NCBI GenBank assembly: GCA_052146665.1
Contig: JBKQMP010000011.1
Coordinates: 351-64,350, forward strand
Direction: 5' to 3'
Length of the DNA: 64,000 nt
From: Dissulfurispiraceae bacterium
GTDB taxonomy: Bacteria; Nitrospirota; Thermodesulfovibrionia; Thermodesulfovibrionales; Dissulfurispiraceae
Below are positions 41,145-51,379 of the stretch, in pieces (the first letter of the stretch is position 1; each line of letters starts with the position of its first letter). A program made the translations under genes and the position numbers. Below the pieces are notes generated by a model. It was not told where the DNA came from, made no database searches, and worked only from the letters and a program-made list of their open reading frames with translations.

Positions 41145-42763
41145 ATGCTCAACCTCGCCACTTCCTTTTTCGCATGCATGATGTCAAAGACGGTCTTTGT
41201 CCCTATGAGCGCGGTAAAAAGATTTATAGCGACACCCAAGCTCAGGGTAACAGCAAAGCCTTTGATTGGCCCTGTACCAAACTGGAAAAGCACTGCAGCA
41301 GTGATAAGAGTGGTGACGTGGGAGTCAAATATAGTCCAGAAAGCCTTTTTATAGCCACCATCCACTGCAGCCTTGGGAGTCTTGCCTGCCCGCACCTCTT
41401 CCCTCATCCTTTCAAACATGAGAACGTTTGAGTCAACAGCCATTCCAATAGCCAAGATTATTCCTGCAATGCCTGGCATGGTGAGGGTTGCGTTAAGGGA
41501 AGCCATGGCACCCATTAAAAGTATTATATTGAGGAGCAGAGCGAAGTCAGCGATGACACCCGATAATCTATAGTAAAAGATCATAAACAGTACCACGAGG
41601 AGTGTACCAATTAAGCCCGCTAATTTCCCCGCCTCAATAGAGTCCCTGCCGAGTGAAGGTCCGACGGTGACATTCTGCAGGGTCTTTACCGGTGCAGGCA
41701 GCGCGCCGGCCCTCAGTACAATTGCGAGGTCTTTTGCCTCTTCAAGGGTGAAATTTCCAGTTATTTGAGCATTGCCGCCGCCAATCCTCTCTTGTATCAC
41801 TGGTGCTGAATAGATATTCCCGTCCAAGATTATAGCCAGTCTTTTTTTGACGTTCTGTCCTGTGATATCTTCAAAAATCTTCGCTCCGGTACTGTTAAAT
41901 GTGATGGAGACATAGGGTTCATTAAACCTCTGGTCTATGCTCACTTTTGCTTCAGTCAGCAGGTCTCCCGAGAGGAGCGTCTCTTTCTTCAGAAGAATAG
42001 GCCTTTTTGTGACCACCCCGGTCTCTTTGTTGACCATGCGCTGAAAGAGTATCTCGTCGTTGTCCGGTATCTTATCTTTAAATCTCTCAAAGAGCTGAGT
42101 CTCCTCCCCGGGCAGAATTGAGGGCGGCAGTTCCGCTGCTACCCGTGACTCATCATCAACGAGTTTAAACTCCAGAACGGCCGTCTTGCCTATTATCTCT
42201 ACAGCCCTTTTAGGATCCTTTATGCCGGGCAGCTGCACCACAATCTCATTTTCTGCCTGCCGATGGATGATCGGCTCAGCAACACCGAACTGGTCGATTC
42301 TGTTCCTAATGATTTCCAGCACTTGATCGGTAGCAGTGGCTTTGATTCTTACCATCTCCTTCGCGGACAGCCTATATTTCAGGGCGCCTGTGGCATCAAT
42401 CAACGTCAAGGCCGGATAAGTGTCCTCCACCGCCTTTCTCACATCCATTGTTGGAGGAGTTACGATAACAAAAGACCCCTCTTTTTTGGCATCTGCTTTG
42501 ATCTTCTTTCTGTCAAGGATTCCAGTCAAAGACGTGGCGATCCTCTCAGTAGCAATATCAACAGCTTTATCTCCTTCTACCTCAAAGACGATGTGCAGCC
42601 CTCCTTGAAGGTCAAGCCCCAGAACTATGCCTTTGCTTGGCATAGTTTTTTTCCACCAGTCAGGCATCACCTGAAAGAGCGGGGTGTTAGGCAAAAAGAA
42701 AACCATTGCAACAATTACCGTTACCGCAATAAGGATTACTCTCCACAATACGCCCTTTTTCAT
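41141..42763 (-). CDS. secD: Protein translocase subunit SecD
   Basis: LGLDLQGG, a periplasmic P1 domain, and C-terminal transmembrane block with [15 protein letters not shown]. Confidence 0.95.
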   Translation of the reverse strand: MKKGVLWRVILIAVTVIVAMVFFLPNTPLFQVMPDWWKKTMPSKGIVLGLDLQGGLHIVFEVEGDKAVDIATERIATSLTGILDRKKIKADAKKEGSFVIVTPPTMDVRKAVEDTYPALTLIDATGALKYRLSAKEMVRIKATATDQVLEIIRNRIDQFGVAEPIIHRQAENEIVVQLPGIKDPKRAVEIIGKTAVLEFKLVDDESRVAAELPPSILPGEETQLFERFKDKIPDNDEILFQRMVNKETGVVTKRPILLKKETLLSGDLLTEAKVSIDQRFNEPYVSITFNSTGAKIFEDITGQNVKKRLAIILDGNIYSAPVIQERIGGGNAQITGNFTLEEAKDLAIVLRAGALPAPVKTLQNVTVGPSLGRDSIEAGKLAGLIGTLLVVLFMIFYYRLSGVIADFALLLNIILLMGAMASLNATLTMPGIAGIILAIGMAVDSNVLMFERMREEVRAGKTPKAAVDGGYKKAFWTIFDSHVTTLITAAVLFQFGTGPIKGFAVTLSLGVAINLFTALIGTKTVFDIMHAKKEVARLSI

Positions 42764-42781
42764 CTATAGTTCGTCCTCCAG

Positions 42782-43132
42782 TTATTCCTCGTCTGCTGTG
42801 GAGCGCACGCCAACCACATAGCTTCTCCCGATTTTTAGCCTCGTATTTTCTTCAACCTTTATAAGTACCGTTTTCGGATCCACTCTTTCAACAACGCCGT
42901 AAATCCCTCCAGCAGTAATTATCTTGTCTCCTTTTTTGATGCTATCGAGCATCTCTTTATGTTCCTTTGCTTTCTTTTGCTGAGGTCTAATAAGGATGAA
43001 ATAGAAGACAACAAAAATCAGTGCCAGAGGCAGCAGGCTGCTGAGCAATCCCTGTATGCCTTGTCCTCCTCCCTGTGGGGTTGGCCCCATCGCATAGGCG
43101 TCTGAAATTACATTGAATAAGAAAAACATCAT
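42782..43132 (-). CDS. yajC: Preprotein translocase subunit YajC
   Basis: One transmembrane helix followed by FYFILIRPQQKKAKEHKEML..IKKGDKIIT.GGI.G. I prefer the start at the ATG pair right after GGAGG (43132/43129) over 43156. Confidence 0.85.
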   Translation of the reverse strand: MMFFLFNVISDAYAMGPTPQGGGQGIQGLLSSLLPLALIFVVFYFILIRPQQKKAKEHKEMLDSIKKGDKIITAGGIYGVVERVDPKTVLIKVEENTRLKIGRSYVVGVRSTADEE

Positions 43133-43383
43133 GCACCTCCAGTGTTTTGACGACAATTTTTTGAACGCTTCACGAAAATTGACTTATATACTAACAGGCT
43201 TCCTCAAAAATCTCAAGATTATAAGAATCCCGGTCACAAAAGCCAAAGATCAAAGAGCCAATGTGGGCCAGGATGTATGTCCCGCCAATTGAAGATGACG
43301 CCGATGAGTGATCCATGATTTGGTGTTTTCTGTGAGTCCAATGTCTTGTAGATATCTTCGCCTAAGCATGTGTATCATAGAAA

Positions 43384-44031
43384 ATGACGTACAAGGTTGA
43401 TCTGCACGTTCATTCATGGCTAAGCGATGACTCCGAGGCCGACCCGGAAGAGTTAATCCAGAAGGCGATAGAGCTGGGTCTGCACGGTATTGCCTTTACA
43501 GAACACCACTCCTATGAGGTCTCCGAGCCGATCGAAGACTTGAGGGAAAGGTACAAGGAAGAGATTGTGGTGTTCCGTGGAGTTGAGTTCTCGGCAACAG
43601 AAGGACATTGCCTCATCTTCGGAGTTAACTCGGACAAACTCCTTCCGAAGCATGCGTCTGTGACAGAAATTGTACAGACCGTGAACATCCACCGAGGTGT
43701 CGTTATCCCCTCTCATCCCTACAGGGGATTAAACAGCCTCGGCGATTCGATTAAAAGGATAAAGGGGATACATGCGATAGAGGGATTTAATGGCAACAAT
43801 CAACATTCCTCTAACCTAAGGGCGCTTCAGACGGCACTGGCATTACATCTTCCTCATACCGGAGGATCCGATGCCCACGGTTCCAGGGAGATCGGTTCGT
43901 GCTATACAGAATTCTTTGACAGGGTGACCCATGACAATTTTATCGATCTCCTCAGAGCAGGGAATTACAGGGGAGTGGATACTAGAAAAATCAGCAAGGG
44001 GTTGATCCCTAACAATTCCGGTTCGGATTGA
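43384..44031 (+). CDS. PHP-domain metal-dependent phosphoesterase
   Basis: VDLHVHS, AFTEHH, GVEFS, PSHPY and GGSDAHG motifs. Confidence 0.8.
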   Translation: MTYKVDLHVHSWLSDDSEADPEELIQKAIELGLHGIAFTEHHSYEVSEPIEDLRERYKEEIVVFRGVEFSATEGHCLIFGVNSDKLLPKHASVTEIVQTVNIHRGVVIPSHPYRGLNSLGDSIKRIKGIHAIEGFNGNNQHSSNLRALQTALALHLPHTGGSDAHGSREIGSCYTEFFDRVTHDNFIDLLRAGNYRGVDTRKISKGLIPNNSGSD

Positions 44032-44350
44032 GCCTGCCTGAGGCCAAAAGCAAGATCAAGTCAGTAAGTCGTTAATTGAGTTCTGTTATGGCCATTGAAA
44101 ATCAAGAGAAGCTTTCGTCTTGAACCCTAACTTTATTCTCATCCGGGGACACGCCCATTCTTTCTCATATCGATTTTGATCCTGCCCATTTTTTGAAAAT
44201 CCATCAGCTTCGTCAGATAGGACCTCTATGCTCCTCATGCCAATAGCGACCATCCTTTTCACAGTCGGTCGCTTCGGAGAGCCTGGCCGGATAAAAGAGA
44301 GTTGATTGATCGAAGAGATTAACGGCAACAAACTGAAATAATAGGATCAG

Positions 44351-44390
44351 TTTAAATGCCACTCATAGGCCTTGTTCATTGGCATTTAAA
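44351..44390. terminator. Hairpin in the convergent gap between the PHP gene and the NuoG-like gene
   Basis: Perfect 11-bp arms, TTTAAATGCCA (44351-44361) and TGGCATTTAAA (44380-44390), with an 18-nt loop. No clear U-tract on either strand. Confidence 0.3.
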
Positions 44391-44411
44391 GCTCTACTGC
44401 GCAGGAGTTTC

Positions 44412-46871
44412 TCAAGAGATAGGCTCGACCCTTACCGCGTCTAAAGACGCTCCACCATCGACGCCTAGGTGTGTCAATCTATTGATCCTGACATGCGGGT
44501 AATGGGCCGAGGTAACAACCGTTCCCTCCATTACATCAGAGGAGACCTTAGCCTTCACAAGAACTTCTCCTCTTTTTGAACTCAAACGCACGAATTCATC
44601 ATCGATGACATTATATTTTTCCGAGTCAGCCGGATTAATTATTAGAAAAGTCTCCGGTACAAGATTCGCCAGGCTTCTGGACTCTGCTGACAGCGTGCCG
44701 GAATGCTGAATAAGATCAGATATCACAAGGAGAAGCGGAAAGTTTTCATCAGGGATCTCGTGGGGCTGCTCCGGCACTGGATGAAAAGCCGGAGGGGTCA
44801 TCCTGGAGCGCTTCAGCATTATCACAAGGTCGTTAATCTCACTTCTGATCTGCTTCAGGTGGACAGTGCCGAGACTCTTATTCATGAGTCGAGCGAGGTT
44901 TCTGAAGATTTGCCAGTCAGGAAGTGGCTGGCCTGTCACGGGAAGCAAGCGTGGCATTTCCTGAACAAGTCCCGTCGCGTTCATGAAGGTACCTTCTTTT
45001 TCGCCCCAACTGCAAGCCGGCAATACGACATCTGCGAGTTTTGCCGTGTCGGTGAAATTAATATCCTGAACAACAAGGAACTCCAAAGCCCTCAAGTTAT
45101 TTTCAATCAAGTCTGCCTCCTTGAAAGTCACCAGAGGATTTTCACCCATAATGTAAAGTCCCTTAAGAGCGTCCGTCTTGTACAGCATTTCATATGCGTC
45201 CTTACCTTCTGCGCGCGGTCGAACTCCAACGGTCCACATACCGAGGGTATCGCAAAATTCTGCTGGGACTTGCAAGGTCGACGGATGATCACCCATGAGA
45301 AGGACGAGATTTGCAGCCGAAAGAATAGTGTTCAAACTCTTTCTATTTTCTGACGATCCCATAGTTATCGCCATCAGTCGTCTGCTGGCATCGCCATACA
45401 TTCTTGCGAGATCCATTATTTCTTGTTCAGAAAGACCGGTGCGTTGTGAGACGAGCGAGGGTGTAAATTTCTTGAGGCTATGTACCAGCGCGTCGAAGTT
45501 TGGTAATGTTGCAGCTCGCTGTTGGAGAGCGGCCCTTTCATCGATCATGATTCTCATCACGCCCTTCAAGAGCGCTTCGCCCGACCCAGGTCTGATCTGC
45601 AGCCACCATGAACTGTTCTTTGCAAGCTTGGTGTCCAGCGCATCAGCCACAACAAGCGTAGCTCCTTCATTCTTCGCCCTGAGAAAATTTAAGCCCCATA
45701 CCGGGAGTGCCGCTGTAATGTCTGACTCTAAAACGAAAATAAAGTCAGCCTGAAATGCTGCGTTCCACCCGACAGGATGAAATTCGACGCCCAATACATT
45801 CTTAGTGGCGGCCTGTGCCACAGCATAGCTGAAACGGGCGCTTGAATCTATGTTGTCACTGCCGATTGCCTCGCGCATGAAGCGCTGAAGCATATAGTTG
45901 TCTTCCATGGTGCAGCGCTGTGAGCCCAGCGCACCAATTGCGGCAGGTCCATATGCTTGTTTGATGGCATCGAGTCTTGTTGCTACATAGTGTAATGCTT
46001 CATCCCATGTGGCAGGCACATGCCTGCCTTCTTTCCTGATGAGTGGCTCTGTAAGTCTGTTTGTTCCGTAGACGAAGTCAAATCCAAACCTGCCCTTGGC
46101 GCAAAGGTCTCCTTTATTGATTCCAGTGTCCTCTCTGCCCCGCGCCCTCAGTATTCTGTCCTCTCTGAGACTGAGATGCGTAGTGCACCCACAACCACAA
46201 TAGGGACAGATTGTTTGATGTTCCTCTTCATACCAGATTCTTGAGCGAGAGCGACTCGGCGCGCTTCCCAGGGCTCCGACTGGACAAATGTCGATGCATT
46301 GACCGCAGAATTCGCAATCAAGAGGTTCTTCGAAAGCGGGACTTACCTTCACCTTGAACCCACGGCCAAGGAAGTTGACGCCTTTGGCTCCCTGATATTG
46401 CTGACAAAGATTTACACACTTGCCACAAAGGATACACCGACTCATTGTGCGGGCAACGACCGCGGTTTCAGGCTGTCCAAGTTCTTGCCTTCGCACGGCA
46501 GAAAATCTGCTCTGAGAAGCGCCATATTCAAAGGCAAGATCTTGAAGCGAGCATTCTCCTGCCTTATCGCACACAGGGCAATCCATAGGATGATGAAGCA
46601 ATAGTAATTCTATAAGCGTCTTCCTTATCTTGGCCACCCGAGGTGACTTAGTCAACACAACCATCCCGGCCCTGACCGGTGTCGAGCAGGCCGTGGCAAG
46701 TTTCCGTTGACCCTCAATTTCAACGATGCATATTCTGCAGCCACCATAGGGTTTCAGTCTCCTGTCATAACATAAATTAGGAATCTTAATTCCACCCCTT
46801 CGTGCCGCCTCAATGATTGATGTCCCAGGCTCTACAGTAACCTTTATGCCATCGATGGTGAGCTCTACCAT
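44412..46871 (-). CDS. NuoG/FdhA-like subunit: [2Fe-2S], [4Fe-4S] clusters and a molybdopterin-oxidoreductase fold, apparently non-catalytic
   Basis: N-terminal CYDRRLKPYGGCRICIVE; HPMDCPVCDKAGEC; CILCGKCVNLC; CEFCGQCIDICP; MopB cluster CPYCGCGC. At the FdhF CARVUHGP position it reads SSARFSYAV (Ser348-Tyr349, codon 45828-45830). Confidence 0.85.
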   Translation of the reverse strand: MVELTIDGIKVTVEPGTSIIEAARRGGIKIPNLCYDRRLKPYGGCRICIVEIEGQRKLATACSTPVRAGMVVLTKSPRVAKIRKTLIELLLLHHPMDCPVCDKAGECSLQDLAFEYGASQSRFSAVRRQELGQPETAVVARTMSRCILCGKCVNLCQQYQGAKGVNFLGRGFKVKVSPAFEEPLDCEFCGQCIDICPVGALGSAPSRSRSRIWYEEEHQTICPYCGCGCTTHLSLREDRILRARGREDTGINKGDLCAKGRFGFDFVYGTNRLTEPLIRKEGRHVPATWDEALHYVATRLDAIKQAYGPAAIGALGSQRCTMEDNYMLQRFMREAIGSDNIDSSARFSYAVAQAATKNVLGVEFHPVGWNAAFQADFIFVLESDITAALPVWGLNFLRAKNEGATLVVADALDTKLAKNSSWWLQIRPGSGEALLKGVMRIMIDERAALQQRAATLPNFDALVHSLKKFTPSLVSQRTGLSEQEIMDLARMYGDASRRLMAITMGSSENRKSLNTILSAANLVLLMGDHPSTLQVPAEFCDTLGMWTVGVRPRAEGKDAYEMLYKTDALKGLYIMGENPLVTFKEADLIENNLRALEFLVVQDINFTDTAKLADVVLPACSWGEKEGTFMNATGLVQEMPRLLPVTGQPLPDWQIFRNLARLMNKSLGTVHLKQIRSEINDLVIMLKRSRMTPPAFHPVPEQPHEIPDENFPLLLVISDLIQHSGTLSAESRSLANLVPETFLIINPADSEKYNVIDDEFVRLSSKRGEVLVKAKVSSDVMEGTVVTSAHYPHVRINRLTHLGVDGGASLDAVRVEPIS

Positions 46872-46877
46872 GCTTGT

Positions 46878-48749
46878 TCACTCCTTCCCATTAGAGATAA
46901 CAACGGGTGCTTTTGCAGCCCTGTTCTCTGCCGCCAGGTCTTCCCTCATATGGCGTGGGCCGATCTTTATCGAATCAAAACGGCATGATAAATAACAGGA
47001 ACGGCACTGACTGCAGAGTTCCTGGGTGACATGATGGGGCTTCTTTTTTTCTCCCGTGATTGCTTTTTGAGGACAAGCTCGCGCGCAGACCCCGCATCCC
47101 GTGCAAGTCTGCTCGTCCACATAGAATGTGCAGAGCTCTCTGCACACACCTGTAGGGCACCACTTCTGTCTGATGTGTGCTTCGAACTCCTCTCTGAAGT
47201 GCTTAATAGTAGTAAGCACAGGATTTGGTGCAGTCTGTCCAAGTCCGCATAATGACGAAGCGATGATGTCTTGTGAGAGATCCTCTATCAGTTCAATGTC
47301 GCCTTCTCGTCCTCTACCTTCGGTAATCTCCTTGACTAAATCATACAGCACGGTGTTGCCAATCCTGCATGGGGTGCATTTGCCACATGACTCGTCAGCA
47401 GTGAATTCGAGAAAGAATTTAGCTACGCTCACCATACAATTGAGGTCGTCCATGACTACCATCCCTCCTGACCCCACGATCGCACCGGTTTTCGTAATAT
47501 CTTCAAAAGTAACAGGTGTGTCGAGGAGACTCTCCGGAATGCAGCCGCCTGAGGGGCCGCCCAACTGAACAGCCTTAAATTTCCGTTTTTTTGGGATTCC
47601 TCCACCAATTTCAAAGATGATTCTTCTCAGAGGGATACCCATGGGCACTTCAATCAGCCCTATATTGTTTATAGCGCCGCTCAGGGCGAATACCTTCGTT
47701 CCAGTTGACTTCTCAGTGCCAAGTGTCTTGAACCAGTCGGGGCCGTGCAGTATTATCAGAGGCACATTAGCAAAGGTCTCGACATTATTTAGGACTGAGG
47801 GCTTGCCAAAAAGCCCTTTTTGTGCTGACTGTGGAGGCCTCGTCCGCGGCATGCCTCGCTTTCCTTCTATTGAGGTCATGAGGGCTGTCGATTCACCGCA
47901 CACAAATGCCCCCGCACCCCTATATATTTCGATGTCAAGGTCAAAGCCTGTCCCAAAAATATCTTTGCCCAATAGCCCGTATTCGTTCGCTTGATCTATC
48001 GCAACCTTTAAGCGATGGACCGCCAAGGGATACTCTGCCCGGACATATATGTAGCCCTTATGAGCACCAATTGCCTTTGCAGCGATTATCATGCCCTCAA
48101 GCACCACATGAGGATCACCCTCCATAATGCTCCTGTCCATAAATGCCCCGGGATCGCCCTCGTCACCGTTGCAGAGAATGTATTTGACGTCTGCTTCGAC
48201 CTTTGCGGCCTCTTCCCACTTGAGGCCTGTCGGGAAGCCAGCACCTCCCCTTCCCCTCAAACCTGATTTCTTTATCTGGTCTATGATTTGATCCGATGTC
48301 ATTTCGGTTAATGCTTTAGCCGCAGCCTGATATCCATCTCTGGCTATATACTCCTCTACCTTCTCCGGATCGATAAGACCCTTGTTTCGGAGAGCCCTAA
48401 GCACCTGAAGCCCGAAGAAAGGAATATCCCTTGTCAGAGGAATCACCTGCTTCTTGGCTGGCTCTTTATACATAAGATGTGTAACAGGCCTGCCTTTTAT
48501 GAAATGTTCCTCCACGATCATTGGAACATCCTTGACCGTGATCTTTTCATAAAAAATATCGTCAGGATAAACAGTCATGACTGGACCTTGAGCACAGAAG
48601 CCGTTGCACCCGGTCAGGACGACTTCAATTTCATGGTCAAGACCTCTTGTTTTAAGCTCTTCTATAAAAGCATTCCTTAGCTTCAGACTGCCGCCAGCGA
48701 TGCATCCCGTGCCGCCGCAAAGCATGACGCTCGTACGATATTTCCGCAT
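46878..48749 (-). CDS. NuoF/HydB/HndC-like NAD(P)H- and FMN-binding subunit with extra Fe-S domains
   Basis: N-terminal thioredoxin-like [2Fe-2S] (CGGTGC...CNGFC). FMN/NADH motifs GRGGAGFPTGLKWE. ESCGKCTPCR. C-terminal 2x[4Fe-4S] (CTGCGVCARACP, CSQCRSCYLSC). Confidence 0.9.
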   Translation of the reverse strand: MRKYRTSVMLCGGTGCIAGGSLKLRNAFIEELKTRGLDHEIEVVLTGCNGFCAQGPVMTVYPDDIFYEKITVKDVPMIVEEHFIKGRPVTHLMYKEPAKKQVIPLTRDIPFFGLQVLRALRNKGLIDPEKVEEYIARDGYQAAAKALTEMTSDQIIDQIKKSGLRGRGGAGFPTGLKWEEAAKVEADVKYILCNGDEGDPGAFMDRSIMEGDPHVVLEGMIIAAKAIGAHKGYIYVRAEYPLAVHRLKVAIDQANEYGLLGKDIFGTGFDLDIEIYRGAGAFVCGESTALMTSIEGKRGMPRTRPPQSAQKGLFGKPSVLNNVETFANVPLIILHGPDWFKTLGTEKSTGTKVFALSGAINNIGLIEVPMGIPLRRIIFEIGGGIPKKRKFKAVQLGGPSGGCIPESLLDTPVTFEDITKTGAIVGSGGMVVMDDLNCMVSVAKFFLEFTADESCGKCTPCRIGNTVLYDLVKEITEGRGREGDIELIEDLSQDIIASSLCGLGQTAPNPVLTTIKHFREEFEAHIRQKWCPTGVCRELCTFYVDEQTCTGCGVCARACPQKAITGEKKKPHHVTQELCSQCRSCYLSCRFDSIKIGPRHMREDLAAENRAAKAPVVISNGKE

Positions 48750-48879
48750 ACATTCCCCCTAGACAAATAATGGGCAACTGAGTGCCGGTTGGCACTGGGT
48801 AAATGAGAGTCCGGCGTTTGACATCGATCCCTCAATAGGCTGCTTATTCTTCAAACAGCTCATTTAATTCTATAGCGAC

Positions 48880-49263
48880 TCAATACGCACTCTCACTGCC
48901 CATTACAAAGGCGCATTCAGTAACAATATTACTTTTTATGATGTGCTCTTGCACTATCTTCCTCATCTTTTCTTCATTAAGTTGTACATACTTAACGGGG
49001 GCCTCATTAAGCATCTCAACAGTTACCATAGGCTCCTTGCTGCAAAGCCCGGCGCACCCTGAAGTAGTTATAATCAGGTCACGTATATTATGTTTGTCGA
49101 TTTCTTCAATGAGGGCCTGCATTATGCTTCGCGCACCGGAAGCGATCCCACACGTACCCATGTGCACCGTCACCTTTCCCCTACTTCCACCCTCTCTGAC
49201 GGTAAGCATCGCCTTATGCTCTTCCTTGATTCGATTTAAATCATCCACCGTCAACTTAGGCAT
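48880..49263 (-). CDS. HndB/HydD-like thioredoxin-fold [2Fe-2S] ferredoxin
   Basis: VHMGTCGIASGA...TSGCAGLCSKEPMV pattern, 127 aa. Confidence 0.8.
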   Translation of the reverse strand: MPKLTVDDLNRIKEEHKAMLTVREGGSRGKVTVHMGTCGIASGARSIMQALIEEIDKHNIRDLIITTSGCAGLCSKEPMVTVEMLNEAPVKYVQLNEEKMRKIVQEHIIKSNIVTECAFVMGSESAY

Positions 49264-49309
49264 AACTACCTCCTCCTGTTAATCGAGAACCGCAGCTGCT
49301 CTTTTCTCT

Positions 49310-49834
49310 TTATTCATAATCTCTTAGGAGATCCAGCGACTTGACCGGATTGATAGAACCATGCGTGTCTTTATTCACTACCACCACCGGTGCTAATCCA
49401 CACGCGCCAAGACATCGTACCGTCTCTAAAGAAAATTTTCCGTCGCTGGTCATACCACCTATCTCGATCTGAAGCCCTTCCCTGAATTTATGCACTATTT
49501 CTTCAGCGCCCTTCACGTAGCAGGCGGTGCCCAGGCACACCCTTATGTTGTGCTTTCCTTTGGGTTTCATGGTGAAAAAAGAATAAAAAGATACGACGCC
49601 ATGAACCTCGCTTACATGGATTCTCAGTCCTCTCGCGATATATTTCAGAGCGGCAGGTGGTAAATACCCTATGAACTCCTGCGCCTCCTGAAGAACAGGA
49701 ATCAGACTCCCGGGCTTCTTTCTATGATTCTTTATTATCTCATCGAGTTTTATTATTACCTCTTCCGAAAGTTTCTCCGACGGAGACCACTCTGCCGTTG
49801 CCTGCTGTTCTTTAACGTTCACTTTATCTGCCAT
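49310..49834 (-). CDS. NuoE/HydC/HndA-like [2Fe-2S] subunit
   Basis: RVCLGTACYVKG...CLGACGLAPVVVV pattern. GGGAGG ribosome-binding site. Confidence 0.9.
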   Translation of the reverse strand: MADKVNVKEQQATAEWSPSEKLSEEVIIKLDEIIKNHRKKPGSLIPVLQEAQEFIGYLPPAALKYIARGLRIHVSEVHGVVSFYSFFTMKPKGKHNIRVCLGTACYVKGAEEIVHKFREGLQIEIGGMTSDGKFSLETVRCLGACGLAPVVVVNKDTHGSINPVKSLDLLRDYE

Positions 49835-50050
49835 TATTTTTCCTCCCGAGTGTCTCGGTCAATTGCACAATCGACCGCAACATCGCATTCAGGAACACCC
49901 TCACTGTGTTAAGGAGATTCAACTCGAAATATGGACTAAATCTACCTTTTGATATCAGACCTATAAAATAAAATCATTAGTCTATAACTTATTCTATCAC
50001 AGTCCATCTATATTTGTAGAACGCAAAAAACTTCATCAAATGGTGAACAT

Positions 50051-50626
50051 CTATGTAGCTGATTCTGCGGTGTCGATTGACATTTGTGAGGCTGCGAAAC
50101 AAATTCCTTTGTTGATATCTTCTTTCAATGCCTTGAGAATATTAGGAGCATTTATGGGGACCTCTTGAAGGATCTGCTTGACCAGAGCAGTGTCAAACTT
50201 GAAACAGTGTTCATCTTCGCGGTACTCAAGGAGAAAGTCAACTCCTGGGTTACCGGCTATCAGCACCATTATGGTAGCCCCTATATCACCCAATGGCTTC
50301 ATGTCTATGTGACTGCCCCTGAAATTGGCCAAGATGGACGTCCCCTTATCCTTTTGTGAGGTTATTGTTAAATGACCATCAGACTCTTCAGCGGCCTGAC
50401 GGAGCAGAGCTAATCCAATACCAAACCGTCTATCTTTTTTTGTCGTATAAAAAGAATCGGTAACCTGTTCTATCAATTCTTGGTCGATACCCTTACCATC
50501 ATCGTTTATTTCAAGAACGAGTCGATCACCTTCGGTATCCCTTCTAATTTTGATCAGAATTCTACGGGCGCCTGCCGTTATGGAGTTTTCAGCGATATCC
50601 AAGATATGTAATGACAGATCTCGCAT
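50051..50626 (-). CDS. Stand-alone GHKL (histidine-kinase-like) ATPase domain protein
   Basis: HILDIAENSI (N-box-like), INDDGKGI (G1-like), GIGLALL (G2-like). No HisKA, sensor or transmembrane segments. Confidence 0.7.
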   Translation of the reverse strand: MRDLSLHILDIAENSITAGARRILIKIRRDTEGDRLVLEINDDGKGIDQELIEQVTDSFYTTKKDRRFGIGLALLRQAAEESDGHLTITSQKDKGTSILANFRGSHIDMKPLGDIGATIMVLIAGNPGVDFLLEYREDEHCFKFDTALVKQILQEVPINAPNILKALKEDINKGICFAASQMSIDTAESAT

Positions 50627-50635
50627 GACAGTTGA

Positions 50636-51379
50636 TCAATACCAGTCTAAATTTACACCTGAGGTTTCTTGAAAAGTTTGTTGGAGTCCGTGAAAACTTG
50701 GGTTCCCCAGTGTGAATATTGTACGTCTTCTGCCCACATCTTTGAGATAATGCGCGTCTGAAAAGGAGACCCATGGAAACCTATTCAACCCCTCATACAA
50801 AGCCACTGCTTCTTCCCTGCGCAAATTTGGAGATATTTCAAGAGCGTCAAAAGCCAATTCTGCGGGGATAAAGGCCAGTTGAGAAAGCACGCTAAATGAA
50901 TTTCGGTCTATATGGCTTGCAATACAAATGCCGTTAAAGGACTTAATCAACTTGAAGATAGTGTAAACCGGCAGACTTGTTGCACCTATGAGCAATCTTT
51001 TATTGAATCCAGTTATCTCATTGAGCTCATTGACGACTATCTGATGTCCGTAAAGCCTGTCGTCATTTTCTTGTAAGGGAAGATGTAGGTATATCACACG
51101 CTGCAATTGCAGGGCGAGGTCGAGGTCTTCAAAGAGAGCGAGCAGATGCACCTCTTCGAGTGAGGTGATTTCCATGCCGGCCAGAATGATAAGTCCTGTT
51201 CCTTCCGCCGCTTTTTTTGCAGCCGCGACGTTTTCTGCCGAGTTGTGGTCAGTAATGGCAATCATGTCCAACTCCCTTGAGAGGGCCATTTGCACTATCT
51301 TCAGAGGGGTCATCTCTAAGTCGGCACAGGGGGAAAGGCAGGTGTGTATATGCAAGTCCGCAGCAAAGGCTTTCAGCAT
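50636..51379 (-). CDS. PHP-domain phosphoesterase
   Basis: ADLHIHTCLSPCA, ITDHNS, GMEITS, ASHIDR and FSDAH motifs. 7-nt overlap with the upstream gene. Confidence 0.8.
   Translation of the reverse strand: MLKAFAADLHIHTCLSPCADLEMTPLKIVQMALSRELDMIAITDHNSAENVAAAKKAAEGTGLIILAGMEITSLEEVHLLALFEDLDLALQLQRVIYLHLPLQENDDRLYGHQIVVNELNEITGFNKRLLIGATSLPVYTIFKLIKSFNGICIASHIDRNSFSVLSQLAFIPAELAFDALEISPNLRREEAVALYEGLNRFPWVSFSDAHYLKDVGRRRTIFTLGNPSFHGLQQTFQETSGVNLDWY

Noticed and set aside
44412-46871. Calling the 819-aa MopB protein a formate dehydrogenase alpha subunit
   Set aside because: The residue aligned with FdhF SeCys140 is Ser, and the following catalytic His is Tyr. There is no in-frame TGA at that site, so an FDH call is not supported.
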